Below, piece by piece: positions 18,079 to 37,185 of a stretch of DNA of 64,000 nucleotides. Below the pieces are notes generated by a model. That model saw only the letters and a program-made list of their open reading frames with translations, was not told the DNA's origin and searched no databases. The stretch is taken from assembly GCF_009914755.1 (NCBI RefSeq), contig NC_060943.1; one strand, written 5' to 3'. The translations under genes and the position numbers were made by a program. How positions within the stretch are numbered: the first letter of the stretch is position 1; each line of letters begins with the position of its first letter. The stretch comes from the human T2T-CHM13v2.0 reference genome, Homo sapiens.

Positions 18079-19299
18079 CATTTTAACAAACACTTTCCTA
18101 TCTTCTAGGGGCCAGGTACTCAGAAGACCACAGGCAAGACCCAGCCCCATGGCCTGCCCCAAAGAGTTCACATCTCATAAATGATGCTTGAATAATAACA
18201 ATAATAGTAACAGCTCCCACATGCTGAGTGTGCGCTGCTAGGACACAGCATGTGACAGGAATTCAGTGCCTGAATGAATGAGCCAATAAATTAAACTTTC
18301 TCTTTAAAAAAAAAAATTCTTTTTGTTTTATTCTTTTAGCTCTACTATCTAAGGAAGGAAAAAGCTTTCTGGAGTCAGCAAATCCTGCCCTTGATTGCTG
18401 GAGGGGAGAACGGAGGCATAGTAGGGTCAAGGAGATGGACGGCACAAAGGCCTGGGGGTGGGAAAACTGGAGTACAGGGGTCCAGTGTGGAGAGAGTTGG
18501 GGGCAGAGTCTTAAGCGGGGAGCTAAGGCACTAAGGCCGTCTCCTGTTCTTTGGGAACTGGGGAGCCACACCTTGATTCCCAGCACAAGAGGGAGGAAAG
18601 GAAGACCTGAGATCTAGAGAGGACAGCAGGAGCCTGCCCTGGGCTCCAAGAGTTTCAGAGATGGCCCAGATCAGTTGATTGAGTGGCCTTCTCCCTGTCA
18701 TGAGCCACAAGCAGTAGAAGCCACAGGGGGGCAGAAGAGATGGAGAGATGGAGAGAGACACAGCGACAGTCACCAGAAGAGAGACAGGGGCATGGCAGAA
18801 AGAGGTGGGAGAAATCCAGGAAGGCTCCCTGGGGGTGGTGGCCGGAAATAGGGTGGAGGCCTAATCCCTGATACTAGAGAGGCAGGACCTAGAGGGGAGG
18901 AGAAAGCTTGATGCTAGGCAGGAAGTCCAAAAGTCTGTCTAGGAATCCAGGACGGCTTCCTGAAGGAGGGGCCATTGGATCTGGGCCTTGAAAGATAAAT
19001 AGACGTTTCCTACATTTCCTAGGCAGAGAAAAGTGTGTGTGTGGGCGGTGGGGGAGGGGGGAAACGGGGAATTGCTCATTTTACTTAACAAGTACTTTCC
19101 CATTTTTAGGGGACCAGGTACTCAGTGGGCCACAGACAAGACCAAGGCAGAAAAGACAGGCGCCTCCCCACATTGCAGCACCGGGACCCCGAGCCCACCC
19201 ACAGCCCTCTTCATTCCTCCCAACGATGGATGGGGAAACTGAGGCAGCCCAGAGCAGCCCCCACCCTAGGTCCTGCCCGGGACACGCCCACGCGGGACC

Positions 19300-19628
19300 T
19301 GTGTCACCAGGTTAAAAATGGAAACAGCTAGGACCTTTTTTTTTTCTTCCTTTAAGAAAATCCTAGGTCCAAATAAGGCGAGGGCTGCCGGGAGCACGGT
19401 GAGCTGGCCAAGTCCTCCTGAGCAAGCGAGTGGCGGCTGGCCCAGCCGGCCTGGGCTTGGGCCTCCTCCAAGACTCGCCTGGCAGGAGGGCGGAGGCACC
19501 CCGGGAGGCTATAAGGCCCTCTCCTCCACCCTGCCAGGCTCACTCTGCCCCACAGCCACAGCCCCTGACTGCCGCAGCCCCCACAGAGCCCGCCGCGCAC
19601 CCCACGTCCCCCACGCCAGCGCCCAGCC
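19300..19628 (+). promoter_or_regulatory. TPM4: TPM4 distal (exon 1a) promoter and 5' UTR: CArG box and TATA-like element
   Basis: Perfect CArG CCAAATAAGG at 19369-19378, TATAAG at 19510-19515, a GC box, CpG-rich sequence and a strong Kozak gccATGG at 19629. Confidence 0.8.
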
Positions 19629-19742
19629 ATGGAGGCCATCAAGAAGAAAATGCAGATGCTGAAGTTGGACAAGGAGAATGCCATCGACCGCGCGGAGCAG
19701 GCGGAGGCGGATAAGAAAGCCGCTGAGGACAAGTGCAAGCAG
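19629..19742 (+). CDS. TPM4: Tropomyosin 4 exon 1a (N-terminus of the 284-aa long isoforms)
   Basis: [38 protein letters not shown]; 114 nt; donor AG|GTGAGG. Confidence 0.98.
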
Positions 19743-20075
19743 GTGAGGTGCCCTCCGCTGGGCCGCTCCGGGCTGCTGGGCGTCCTCTCTGTGCGGAAGG
19801 CCGGGGTCTGGAGCCCAGTTGGGGGTCGCAGACACCTGCGGGAGGATAGGAGGCTGATGCTTTGGCGGAGGAAGAGCGAGGGGACCATTGCCTTCCTTGG
19901 ATGGGGTCCTGGGCTGGAAGAGGGGTGACGATCGGACCCACCCCCAGCAGGGCCAGTGCGAACAAAGTGAGTTTGACAGAGAGAGAGTTGGCGGGGGAGG
20001 GAGAGTGAGAACGTTCGTGAGCGAGGTGTCGTTTGCGCTGGGAGGTTGTGTACTAGATAGGGCGGTTGGGGACAT

Positions 20076-21975
<1,900 letters not shown>

Positions 21976-24728
21976 GGTGACACTATGCCCCTGGATCAGG
22001 AAGCCTCCACTGTGACAGAAGCCCGCTGTCTCATGGGCACCTGCCCAGGAGAATGGCACGGCATGTGTGTGTGTGTGTGTGGTGGGGGCCCAGGGCTGTG
22101 AACTGCTGCAGGGGTGACTGGGTGGGGTCTGGGGACTGGGATGGGAGTAGAGTTGAGAGTGAGTCTGAGAATCTCATTGTGTATGTGGGGGTGTCCCTGC
22201 TAAAAGCCTGGAGGCCGGGGCAGGTGGGCTGCCCGTGGTGGACGGAGGAGAGGGAGGCCATTTCCCATCTCCTGGCAGCCAAGAGCCCACACAGACCCAG
22301 AACTTTGGAGACAAGAGTCCTGGGAACCCTGGCAATGAGAATGCATTGGAGTTCCAAGGCCGTGGCCATGGTTTGGGGCAGAGCAGACAGGAGCAGTGGG
22401 TGGGAGGAAGGAAGGGAGTCCCCTCCCACAGAGCCATGTTCCCCACAATGTTTATCCACACCCCGATGTCAACTGCCAAGCCCTGGGGAGCATCCAGGTC
22501 TCCGATAAACCCTGGGAGATGCCTAGGACCATGGCACCGAGTGCCCAGCCCCACCCAGGCCAGGAGCCAGGCCAGCCCGGCAGCTAAAGGCGAAAGCTCG
22601 GAGCTCAGACTGGCCATGTTTGAGTCATGGCTCAGTCGCTAGGTGTCCCGGACGCCTGCATGAGTGAGATACGGAAGTGACAGTAGGGCCTCCCTTGCCA
22701 CCCCATGACAGGATTAGAGGTGACTGTACAGGTGGAACCCTTGGCCCGGAGCCTAGCTCAGAGTAAGCACTCAATAAATGTAGGTTGATTTCCTGCCCCG
22801 CCCTACTTCCCCTTTGGGCCTCCCCAGCCCCCCGTGCCCCAGGGCTGCCCTAAGAGTATGTGGCACATTCGTGCAGGCCAAGCCCCACCCCAGTGTTCCC
22901 TGCCACAAGCTCTCTCCGCCTTCTCTGTGCCCCTCCCTGGCAAACACAGACATTCATCCTGTGCTGGGCCAGCTTCTAGCCATCATTTAGCCCTCACCAT
23001 GAGGGACTTAGCCAGAGATTCGGAGAGAAACAAGTTTATAGCACTAATTCTTACTAAGGTGTGAGTGGCCATCTCCCAGGACAGCCACAAGTTCAAAAAG
23101 GAAGAATCCTCAAAGCCTCCAGCCAGCTGCGTGGCCAAGGAGGTTATGCCTTTTTTGTCCCACAAAGATGCCCACTGGAGTAGACTTGGGCTCAAAGCAA
23201 GTCTACACAGACTAGCTTTCAGGCAAACCTCCATAGACTAGCACATACTTTGTGTATATCAGTCTTTAAATGTATTTTTATTTTTTAGAGATGGGGGTCT
23301 CACTCTGTTGCCCAGGCTGGAGTGCAGTGGTGCAATCACAGCTTACTGCAGCCTCAAACTCCTAGGGCTCAAGCGATCCTCCCACCTCAGCCTCCCCAGT
23401 GGAGGTGCACACCTCCACGCCCAGCTAGTTATTTTATTTTTAGTAGAGACAGGGTCTCACTATTGCCCAGGCTAGTCTTGAACTCCTGGGCTCAAGTGAT
23501 CCTTCCACCTCAACCTCCCAAAGTGCTGGGATCACAGACTTGAGCCACGGAGCCTGGTCTTTGTGACTCTCCTAGCTTCATGACTGAGGACACGTTCCTG
23601 CACATTTCTGAGCCCTCAGTGTCCTCATCTGTGAAATGGGAACACGTGAGGCCTTCTGAAGTTCAGGTGTGGAACTCAAGATCCCAGAATTCCGAAGCAG
23701 AAGCCAGCGCCCCACAGGAGCTAACGGCCAGTCCTGCTGGGGAATAGAGGCACTTAGAGCGCCTGACGCTGCAGGAGGCCAGAGAGAGCAGCTCTCGGGC
23801 CAGCCTGATCCCAGCAGCCAAGCACTGATTTCTGGCCCTGCTTACCCAGTGTGGGAAAAGGACAAAGAGGCCCAGCCCGGCCGCTTCCTGCCCACTCCCC
23901 TCCCAGGGCAGCAACATCCTCCACCACTGGCCTTTGACCCCACATCCTGCCTCAGCCCTGCCCCAAGGCCCCATTTGCAGGGACTAAGGTAATCCTATGA
24001 CAGATAGGGAAACTGAGGCTCACAGAGGGACAATGACGGGCACGCGCCACCAGGCCCGGCTAATTTTTGTATTTTTAGTAAAGACGGGGTTTCACCATGT
24101 TGGTCTGGCTGGTCTCAAACTCCTGACCTCGTGATCCGCCCGCCTCGGCCTCCCGTAGTGCTGGAATTACAGGCGTGAGCCACTGCGCCCAGCTCTCATT
24201 TATTTTTTATCCTCACTGCCTACCACTGAAGGGTTTGGGGTTGTGTCTTCGATTCATCCCAAACACTTCCTACAGTGTTCTAATGCTGGGGCCCATAGTG
24301 GCCTCAGTCCCAGAACTGACCCTCAAGAAACTCCAAGCTGAGGGAGACAGACCATGAATACCTCCAGCTCAGAGGTCAGGGCCGGACCAGAGGGAGGGAC
24401 AGAGGCTGGGACAGCTGTAGGCGTGGCGAAAGCTCTGCTCAGGGCAGCAGAGCAGGCCACCAGGGTTGGGGAGCCTTGGGACTGAGCATGGAGGGACGGT
24501 AGATGCCCTCCCAGTGAAAAGTAGAAAGTCATTCTTAGCAGTGGGTCCAGCATGGTCTAGAAGTCAAGCAAACCAGCTTTGGAATCAGACTAACAAAGAT
24601 TCAAATCCCCCATCTGTGTGGCATCAGGCAAGTCCCTTCCCCTTTCAGAGACTCAGTTTGCCCTTCTGTAGTATGGGGCTTCACTGAGACAATATTTGTA
24701 ACACGCCCTGGCCAGGCATAGTGGCTCA

Positions 24729-25022
<294 letters not shown>

Positions 25023-26324
25023 CTAAATGCCAGATAGCCCCCTGTCGGCCTTATCCCTGTCCTCACATGTTCTTGCCCAAACATTTCCCCCAAAAAAGTA
25101 GTCAAAACCCCAAACCAAACAAAAAAACCCCAAACCAGCCAGGTGGGGTGGCTCATGCCTGTTGTCCCAGCTACTCGGGAGGCTGAAGTGGGAGGATCCC
25201 TTGAGCCCAGGAGTTCGAGACCAGCCTGGATAACACAGCGAGATCCTATCTCAAAAAAACAAAAACAAAAACAAAACAAAACACCCAAACCATCTTCATA
25301 CCCTGATGAGTCCATGATGTCAGATTTGCTCTCACTCTTCCTACATGTTAGGAGAGTCCTGTGTTGGGCACACAGTTGGCACCCAATAAATGCTGTGATC
25401 CACAGATCTGGAAGGAAGTCAGGTGGATGCTGTAGGTCAGGGTTGACCTATGAAACGTCTTTAAGGAAACTGGCTCATTTTCTCAGTCAAGGCAGAAGTT
25501 CAAAAGCAGCTGCCGGAATGCTCAGAGACCAGCATGTCAAGGTTTCTGTTCTGCAGATGGAGAAACTGAGGCCAGAAAAGGGGACGGGGGTCGCAGAGCT
25601 TGGATTTGGAGTCAGGCTTCCAGGCTCCCCACCCGGAGGTCAAGGTCAGGCCCTATAGACTCTGACCCTGCCCTGATCAGCTGGCCACCCTGGATTGGGC
25701 CCTGTCATCTCCCCATAGCTTGGGATGCTCCTGAGGACTTCAGACAGGATAGCCCTCCCTGCTCTCTGTCGCATCTCAGCTAGAGACCCTTGCAGGTCAC
25801 CTCAGTGACATCAGCTGAACCTCCAGCTGCCAGCCTCCACCCCATCCTCCAGCTGACACCCAGCAGGCCGCAAGATGGGAAGCCTGGAGTTCACACTTTC
25901 CAGCTACTCAGGAGGCTGAGGCGGGAGGATCGCTTGAGCCGAGGAGGTCAAGGCTGCAGTAAGCTATGATCACACCACTGCACTCCAGCCTGGGAGACAC
26001 AGGAAGACCATGTAAAAAAAAAAAAAAAAAAAAAAAAAACGCAAAAAAAAAAAAATAATGCACACACACACACAGCAACATCAGGTTAAAAAAAAAAAGG
26101 CAAAAAAAAAACATACACACACACACACATATGGGGCACCTGGTACATTTTGCACATCCACTCAGGGGTGAGCACGTAGCCCAGACAGGATTCAGAGCTC
26201 AGTCTAGAAGCCACGGGCACAGCAGCTTTTTTAACATACCCTCTTCAAGAAAAAAAAGAAGAGAAGCAAGTCAGAGAGGGAGGAAGGGAAGCTGGCCTAG
26301 TGTGAGGAACAGGGCCAAGGGCTT

Positions 26325-26690
26325 TGTCTTTGTCAGCTCAGGCAGTTATAACAAAACACCATAGACTGGGTAGCTTCAATAATAGACATTTATTGTTTAC
26401 AGTCTGGAGGCTAGATGTCCAAGATCAAGATGCTGGCAGATTAAATGTCTGGTGAGGGCTCTCTAGCTAGCTTGCAGACAGCCACCTTCTTGCTGTGTCC
26501 TCACATTGGAAGAGGATAACCAAGTTCTGGCCTCTTCTCATAAGGGCCTTAATCCCATCATGGTGGGTCAACCCTCATGACCTCACCCAAACCTCATCAT
26601 CTTCCAAAGGCCCCATCACCAATTACCATCACATGGAGACGAGGGCTTCAACACATGAATTGGAGAGGGGGCAAAAGCAAGCATTCATTT
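26325..26690 (-). mobile_element. MLT1-type MaLR LTR
   Basis: ataacaaaacaccatagactggg...tctggaggctagatgtccaagatcaag...cttcaacacatgaatt. Confidence 0.75.
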
Positions 26691-26725
26691 CATTATAGGC
26701 TTATATTCCAGAAGACCTGGGCTCA

Positions 26726-27355
<630 letters not shown>

Positions 27356-28127
27356 TCAAACTAGGAGTGATGGGAGGATAGGACTCTTGGGATAAACAGA
27401 GGACTGAAAATTTAGGGAAAGTAGGGGACATTTTTATTAAAATGAACATGGCCTATATGCAAAAATTTTAAAGATTTAACCCGAGCCTTCAAAGAAAGTG
27501 ATCCTGTAGGGGCGAGTCTCTTCTAGCCAAGCTCCCCAAAGCCCAGAAATGAGGGACTAGGTCTGAGCCCTTCAGCCCTTCAGAGTATTTTGGTAAGACA
27601 GTCTAAGAACCACTGCCTTGGGCCATAGGGAGCCATAGCAGGTTCTAGGCAGAAAGAGGGCAGGCGTATTTGTTAGAAAGTTTCTCTGACCCCGTGTTGG
27701 GGTCAGAACCAGAGGGAGAAAGGCTGGGGACAGTGATGGGCGGAGGGATCCACGCGCAGAGAATGAGATTGCTTAACTCCAGATCATGGTGAGGCTGCAC
27801 CTCTGAAACTGGAATGTGTGTATTTCTGGAAAACATTTGGAGTCTTCAGTTTCCCAAAAGCTGCCATTGATCTCCCTAGAGTACTGGGGACCCCAATAAG
27901 CCCAAAACAGCTGGTCCTCAGGACGAGGGAAAGATGTGAAAATCCCACTATCAGGTAGCATGGATGGCGTGGTGCATGCTATCGCAACCCCTGTTCTACA
28001 GATAAGGAAACTGATGCCCAGAGAGAGACGGAGGACTCTTGTGAATATTGGGGGGGACCGCCCCTGCACCTCGGGGACGTGACCCACCCCCCCCAGGCTG
28101 ACCCGTTCCTCGCTCTGTCGTCCCCAG

Positions 28128-28253
28128 GTGGAGGAGGAGCTGACGCACCTCCAGAAGAAACTAAAAGGGACAGAGGACGAGCTGGATAAATATTCCGAGG
28201 ACCTGAAGGACGCGCAGGAGAAGCTGGAGCTCACGGAGAAGAAGGCCTCCGAC
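28128..28253 (+). CDS. TPM4: Tropomyosin 4 exon 2b
   Basis: [42 protein letters not shown]; 126 nt; acceptor cccag|G, donor C|GTACGT. Confidence 0.98.
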
Positions 28254-28259
28254 GTACGT

Positions 28260-29560
28260 GTGCAGGGATGCGGGAGCCCGCGGCGGGGCCAGGCCGGAGC
28301 CCCGGGGCCGGGAAGGCGGGGAGAGCCGCAGGGGGAGGAGGAAGAGGAGGAGGAGAAGGCGGCGCCTCCCAGCGCTTTCTCCAAATAAGTCCCGAAAAGG
28401 GGCACTTTCCAGCAGCTGTGGCCAGCGGTGCCGACGTCAGGCCCTCCCCCAGCGGTGCTGACGTCGGCGGTCCGGCCGGGTGACCTCATCGCCCCGACGG
28501 CAGCCGGCCCGGGGGGCGGGGAGAGGCGGGGGCGGCCCCCGCGCAGGCAAAGGCTTGGGGGGCCGGGGCGCGGCTGTGCAGCTCTCGCCGGAGCCGAGCC
28601 CAGCCGAGCGTCCGCCGCTGCCCGTGCGCCTCTGCGCCTCCGCGCCATGGCCGGCCTCAACTCCCTGGAGGCGGTGAAACGCAAGATCCAGGCCCTGCAG
28701 CAGCAGGCGGACGAGGCGGAAGACCGCGCGCAGGGCCTGCAGCGGGAGCTGGACGGCGAGCGCGAGCGGCGCGAGAAAGTGAGCGCCCCGGCCTCGGGCC
28801 CCGCACCCGCAGCCTCCTCCCCCGCGCGCCCTCCTTTCTTCCCGGCTTCCCGCGCTGCCCGCCCGCGCGCAGTCCTCGGGCCGCCTTTTTACGCCCTCGG
28901 ACGCCGATCGCCGACCCACATCCCTGCGCCCGCAGCCAGGACCCCCTACTTCCTCCGCCGTCCTCCTTCCTGGGCCTGGGACAGGGGAGGGGGCGCCGCC
29001 TCCGGGTCGGGCGGGGCCGGCCAAGCGGGAAATGGGGGGATGGGGCGGAGGGGGTGAGCGATCTCCGGGTGGAGAAGTGGAGCGGCGGGAGGGGGCGTAT
29101 CGTGCAGGCTCCGACTCCGGGGCTGGCGCCGGGGTCCCGGGCCGAGGGGAACCCGCGACCGGACTTGTGGGGGAGAATGAGGATGAAAACGTGGAGCTTC
29201 CATTGTCTAGGGTTTGACCGGCCGACAGGGATTTCGACGGGGGACCGGGGATCTGGGGAGGGGGTCGCACTTTCTCGCCTCTTTCGCGGCTTCCCGGCTT
29301 CTGCTTGCTTCCCTGACCGTTCCCAGGGGCGCGGCGGCGACGTGTCTGCTCCAGGCGGCGGGGGGGATGGGGGGGTGGAGGAAGTTCAGCCCCAAGCCGC
29401 CCGCCTTTCTCCAGCTGATTCCTGCGGGAACCGGGGCGGCGGGACCCTGCCTCTCTCCAGAAGGCCCCGGGAACGCTGGCGCGGGGCCCTGAACCCACGA
29501 TCGTTTGAGCGCCTGCTGTGCGCCTCCGCCGCGAGTCGCAGGGCCCGAGATAAACAATGG
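28260..29560 (+). promoter_or_regulatory. TPM4: CpG island with the TPM4 internal (exon 1b) promoter
   Basis: Very high GC and CpG content, CArG-like CCAAATAAGT (28381-28390), two CRE-like GACGTC cores, multiple GC boxes, no TATA. Confidence 0.88.
28647..28778 (+). CDS. TPM4: Tropomyosin 4 exon 1b (N-terminus of the 248-aa short isoform, Tpm4.2)
   Basis: [44 protein letters not shown]; 132 nt; gccATGG; donor A|GTGAGC. Confidence 0.99.
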
Positions 29561-29751
29561 GTCTGAAAAAGGAGGGAGTTTCACCATCCTCTCTGCATCA
29601 TCCTCCTGGCTGTCCCTCGGGACAGATGGTGGCACCGCCAGGGTCTGGGGACAGATTTGGATTCTGGTCCCATATCATGCCACCCACAGGCTTCATGACT
29701 TGGTATTTGCTCTCTAGGAGCTTTTTTCCCATCTGCGAGTAGGACTGATAA

Positions 29752-30186
<435 letters not shown>

Positions 30187-31727
30187 TCATAGACAAATGG
30201 AGGCAGGGGAGCTGACTCACTGATGGAGCGAGGTCTGCATTCCACGGGTTTTCTGTGCAGTTATGGGAGCATGACAGGGGAGGCTCCAAAATGGAGGTTG
30301 AGCTGGGTCTTATAGAATAAATAAGTTTGCTGGGACCAGAGACATGGGTGTGCACAGACTCAGAGGCAAGAAAGTTGTATGATGAGGGTGGGGGGGTGTG
30401 CGGATAGAGGTTGAAGCCCAAAAGCCCTGAAAGTTCAGTGTTGAGGCTCAGGGTGGGGACCCTAGAGAGGCAAAAGATGCCCAGCCAGATGGAATTGGTG
30501 GTGTGAATTGCCAGGTCTGGAAAGAGCCCAGATGGGGGCTGCAGCATGGGCCTTGGTTGAAGCCTCTAATCCTGTAAGGGCTGCTTTGGCCCAAGAGGCC
30601 TTAGAAACCCGGTGTAAGCCTCAATCGGTAGCCGGTCTGGCCTCTTTCTCACACTTAACCGACACAGCTCTTGCTCTGATCTCATCCCAAGTCATCTCGC
30701 TGGAGGACAATTAACTCGGCTTCAAAATGGCCCTCAGCCTGGAGCCAAGATTTAGGAGCAAGACCGTCTAGTTGGGAGAGAAGATGTTTTTGGAGAGTTG
30801 AAGACTTCTTGAAAAAGTTCGAAAAGTTCTTGAAAAAGCAAAGGATGCTTCTTTCGGTCTGGGAGAGGGAAAACCTCTCCCAGGGCAAAAGGAACTAAGA
30901 CCAGGGGTGGGTTAAAAAAAAAAAAAAAAAAAAAAACCTTTCACTCTTGTAGAATAAGCCAGGAGCCGGCGTGTGGTAGACTTCTGGGCCTGTTTCCCGA
31001 CAGCTGGTTTCGTTTAGATTTTTGTGTGATTAACTGACATCTTCCTGTTCCTTTGCCACATGTATCTAGCAAGCCTCTTTTACCTTATAAGGGAAATCCT
31101 TTGTAGCGTGTGGAAGGCTTTGATTGCAGGAAGGGGTGGAACCCAAAATGACTCGGCCGTGACTAGCAGTTTTTCAAAAATACATATATATGTATGCATG
31201 TACAGATATGCGTGTATCTCCCAACTCCAGACAGCTGAAAATCTGCCAAAAGCGTTGTTTGCCAGGATTCAGAATTTCCCACATAAGGGCTACTCACTTC
31301 TTAAAAGACAACTCATGAATCAAGCACCTCTGTTTGATCTTTAAAATCAATTCCTCGACTGCTAATGGGTACACAGTTTTTTGTTTGTTTGTTTGTCTTT
31401 GGCGGGTTATGAAAATGTCCTGGAATTCGATAATGGTGTTGGTTGCAGAGTGTTTTTGCAACATCAGTTCCTGGCCCAGTTACTGAAGGTGGTAGGAGGA
31501 GTTAAGATCTAGGCAATTAAAAAGAATGAAAGGCACCCATTCATGGGAAGGCCTCAGTGACGTTTCTTAAGACAGTTTCATCAGTGGTTTTCACAATTCT
31601 CTGCATTTGGTGTTTCAGAGGACACTGCAATACGAAACACCTGTGGGAGTGCCCTCTTTCTGCTTCTAGGAATCTGAGGCTGAGAAACCTTCCTGACTCT
31701 ATTTGTGTAGTTTTTCGGCCACGTTAG

Positions 31728-32092
<365 letters not shown>

Positions 32093-32536
32093 TAATAATT
32101 TTGATAGCCTTCCCCAGTTCAGGGATTCTTCATTTGTTCTGATAGGAAAAAGCTAGCGTGGCTTCCCTTTTCCTCTCGGTTGGGGCCCATTTGACCCGTT
32201 CTCAATATTCCTTCCAAAGAGCAGGCATCGCTGGAAAACTCGCCTTGCCTCGTAGCCCTGGCAGGACCTAGGGGACAGGTTCTGACAAGGAAGAGCCCTG
32301 GGTGGGTCTTAAGAGGCCATTCATTTCTTACCAATTCTGAGTCACTGAATAAAACCACTTCCCCCAGTGGGGCCCCTCGGTTTCTTCACCTGTAAAATGG
32401 GTGCGATGTGTGAGGATGAAATTGCAGTAAAATAAAACCGTGGCAGTAAGAGATGCCTTTCTCTGGCACATCCCACCTGCTGGGCATAAGCGGCGCCACC
32501 CTCTGGAGTTACAGCCTCAAGGCAGTCCGGTAACTA

Positions 32537-33102
<566 letters not shown>

Positions 33103-33372
33103 TCAGCCAGGCGGATTGAAGGATGGAATTCCAACGAGGCTCCCCCGCCTCGTCCCACCTTGGTAATTGCATGGCCAACATTTAACTGAGGGCTCCATAG
33201 TCTTGCATTTATCTTGCCATTCAGGTGAATGGGAGCGGAACTCACAGGACACAATGAGCCGGGTCACTGATGGCCTTGCTTTCTAAGAATCTCACAGTGA
33301 GCCCTAGAACTCTCTACGTGGTAACACTGTGTGCCTTTTTCAGAGAAGAGCCTATCTTAGATCTTAGCCTAA

Positions 33373-33648
<276 letters not shown>

Positions 33649-33965
33649 TAATTTTTCTATTTTTAGTAGAGACAGGGTTTCACCATGTTGGCCAGGATGG
33701 TCTCGATCTCTTGACCTTGTGATACACCCACCTCAGCCTCCCAAAGTGCTGGGATTACAGGCATGAGCCACCACGCTTGGCGATGCTCATCTTTTGCTAT
33801 GGAGTGGTAGATGTTTTTCCCAGACATTTTCCGGGAAGATCATACTGAAATTTTGGTATGAGTGTAAATTCCCTATGGCCTGGACTCCTGGGTGGGCTTT
33901 GACAGGGAAGATCAGGTTAACAGAGGGCAGGACATGGGGGAGGCTCCCACTGGTGGCTGGCCTGA

Positions 33966-34136
<171 letters not shown>

Positions 34137-34191
34137 TAAGGACGCTTTGAATCTGGTGGCATCCGTGTTTGCTTTTGGAAAATGGGGATCA

Positions 34192-34767
<576 letters not shown>

Positions 34768-35680
34768 TTAGTGTTCTCTAGACACCAAATTTCAGGTAGG
34801 CCGGATGCAGTGATTCCTGCCTGTGCTCCCAGCACTTTGGGAGGCAGAGGCGGGCAAATCGCCTGAGCTCAGGAGTTCAAGACCAACTGGGGCAACGTGG
34901 TGAGACCCTGTCTCTACAAAAAATACAAAAATTAGCCGGGTGTGGTGGTGCACGCCTGTACTCCTGGCTACTCAAGAGGCTGAGGTGGGAGGATCACTTG
35001 ACCCCAAGAGTTTGAAGCTGCAGTGAGGCAAGATTGTGCCACTGCACTCCAGCCTCAGTGACAAATGAGATTCTGTCTCAAAAAAAAAAAAAAAAAAAAA
35101 AAGCAGAGTACTGTGGAGAGGAGGAAAGGAAACTTGGGATGCACAGGTGATTGTTAGCAGAGCTGTCAGGCTTTAGGCTTTTGGACGGTGACAGCTATTT
35201 CAGGGACAGTTGCAAACCAGCATGGTTAATGTACTTGCAACTGACCATGCACCAGGTGCCGTGGCTCACGCCTATAATCCCAGCACTTTGCGATGACGAG
35301 GCGGGTGGATCAACTGAGGTCAGGTGTTTGAGACCAGACTGGCCAACATGGTGAAACCCCGTCTCTATTAAAAATACACAAATTAGCTGGGCGTGGTGGC
35401 GGGCACCTGTAATCCCACCTACTCAGGAGGCTAAGGCAAGATCCCCCAGCTTGAACCCAGGAGGCAGAGGGTGCAGTGAGCCAAGATCGCACCACTGCAC
35501 TCCAGCCTGGGCAACAGAGTGAGACTCTGTCTCAAAAAGAAACTGACCACGTTCCTCACCCGCCCATGGTATCTGTGCTGCAACCCAGCCACCAGTAGGG
35601 TGCCTTCTCCTCGGTAGCCAGATCATTCTCTGGCACGCCTTGGCACAGGCTCTCTGGAAGACTGAGGGTAGATTGTGTAA

Positions 35681-35983
<303 letters not shown>

Positions 35984-35986
35984 TAA

Positions 35987-36252
<266 letters not shown>

Positions 36253-36996
36253 TAATCCACCTGCCTTGGCCTCCCAAAGTGCTGGCACGCCTAGCTAATT
36301 TAAGATGCATTTCTGATTGTGCTGCTGTGACCACTAACCAGAGATTAGAAACCAGCTAAGGAATCTTGGAGATTGCATGTCACCCAAGCTGGAAATTTCT
36401 TCCCAAGTAGTGGAACAGCCAGGGCAGAGGGAACAGACGCTACTGCAGACTCTGCTTCAGCCACTGAATCAAGGGAGAGAGTGGCAGCTCCGGCAGCCAC
36501 GGGGCAGTGGAAGGACCCAGTCACGAGAGTTCCTGGCTGTGCCTGTGGCCTGGGTTAGCTGCTGTTCACAGTCAGACCAGCCTGGCTGGATGCTGACGTT
36601 GAGGGCTCCCATATTGGCAAACCAAGGGAGGCTGCGAAGGCCAGTCTCTTGTTTGCACCATGTCCCCAGAGGCCTTTGGTGACACCCCTGTTAAAGACTG
36701 CTGTGTCTCAGTAGAAAGAATTATATACTTGAAGCTTGGGGATCTAGAGTCAGCTTCTACCACTGGCACTTTCTATGGAGCCTTAGGCAAGTCACTTTGA
36801 TCTCTTGGGTACTACAAGGGGTTTTGGGGCAATAAATAACCCAGAGAGCTTGCTCACATGCTGAGGGTGAGACCTCGTACAGGTCGGGGAGGGTGTTTTG
36901 AGACTTAGCTGAGAACGGGTGACACCCCACGTGAACATATTTATTGGACAGCAAGAAGCATATGGTCTCTGTGCTGGGTGGGAATGATACATATCA

Positions 36997-37185
<189 letters not shown>

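Noticed and set aside
19100-19321. CCATTTTTAGG (CArG-like) and TTAAAAATGG (MEF2-like) upstream of exon 1a
   Set aside because: Both miss the consensus (7-nt A/T core; MEF2 mismatch), too weak to call.
28091-28127. Second cccAG 31 nt upstream of the exon 2b acceptor
   Set aside because: It lies upstream of the likely branch point (gctgacc) and would shift the frame; nothing suggests it is used.
27773-29498. Long ORFs over the CpG island (303 aa and 353 aa on the minus strand, 209 aa on the plus strand)
   Set aside because: Stop-poor GC-rich shadows of exons 2b/1b with Pro/Gly/Arg-rich composition. The 209-aa ORF is exon 1b plus promoter and intron read-through from a GTG that is probably upstream of the TSS.
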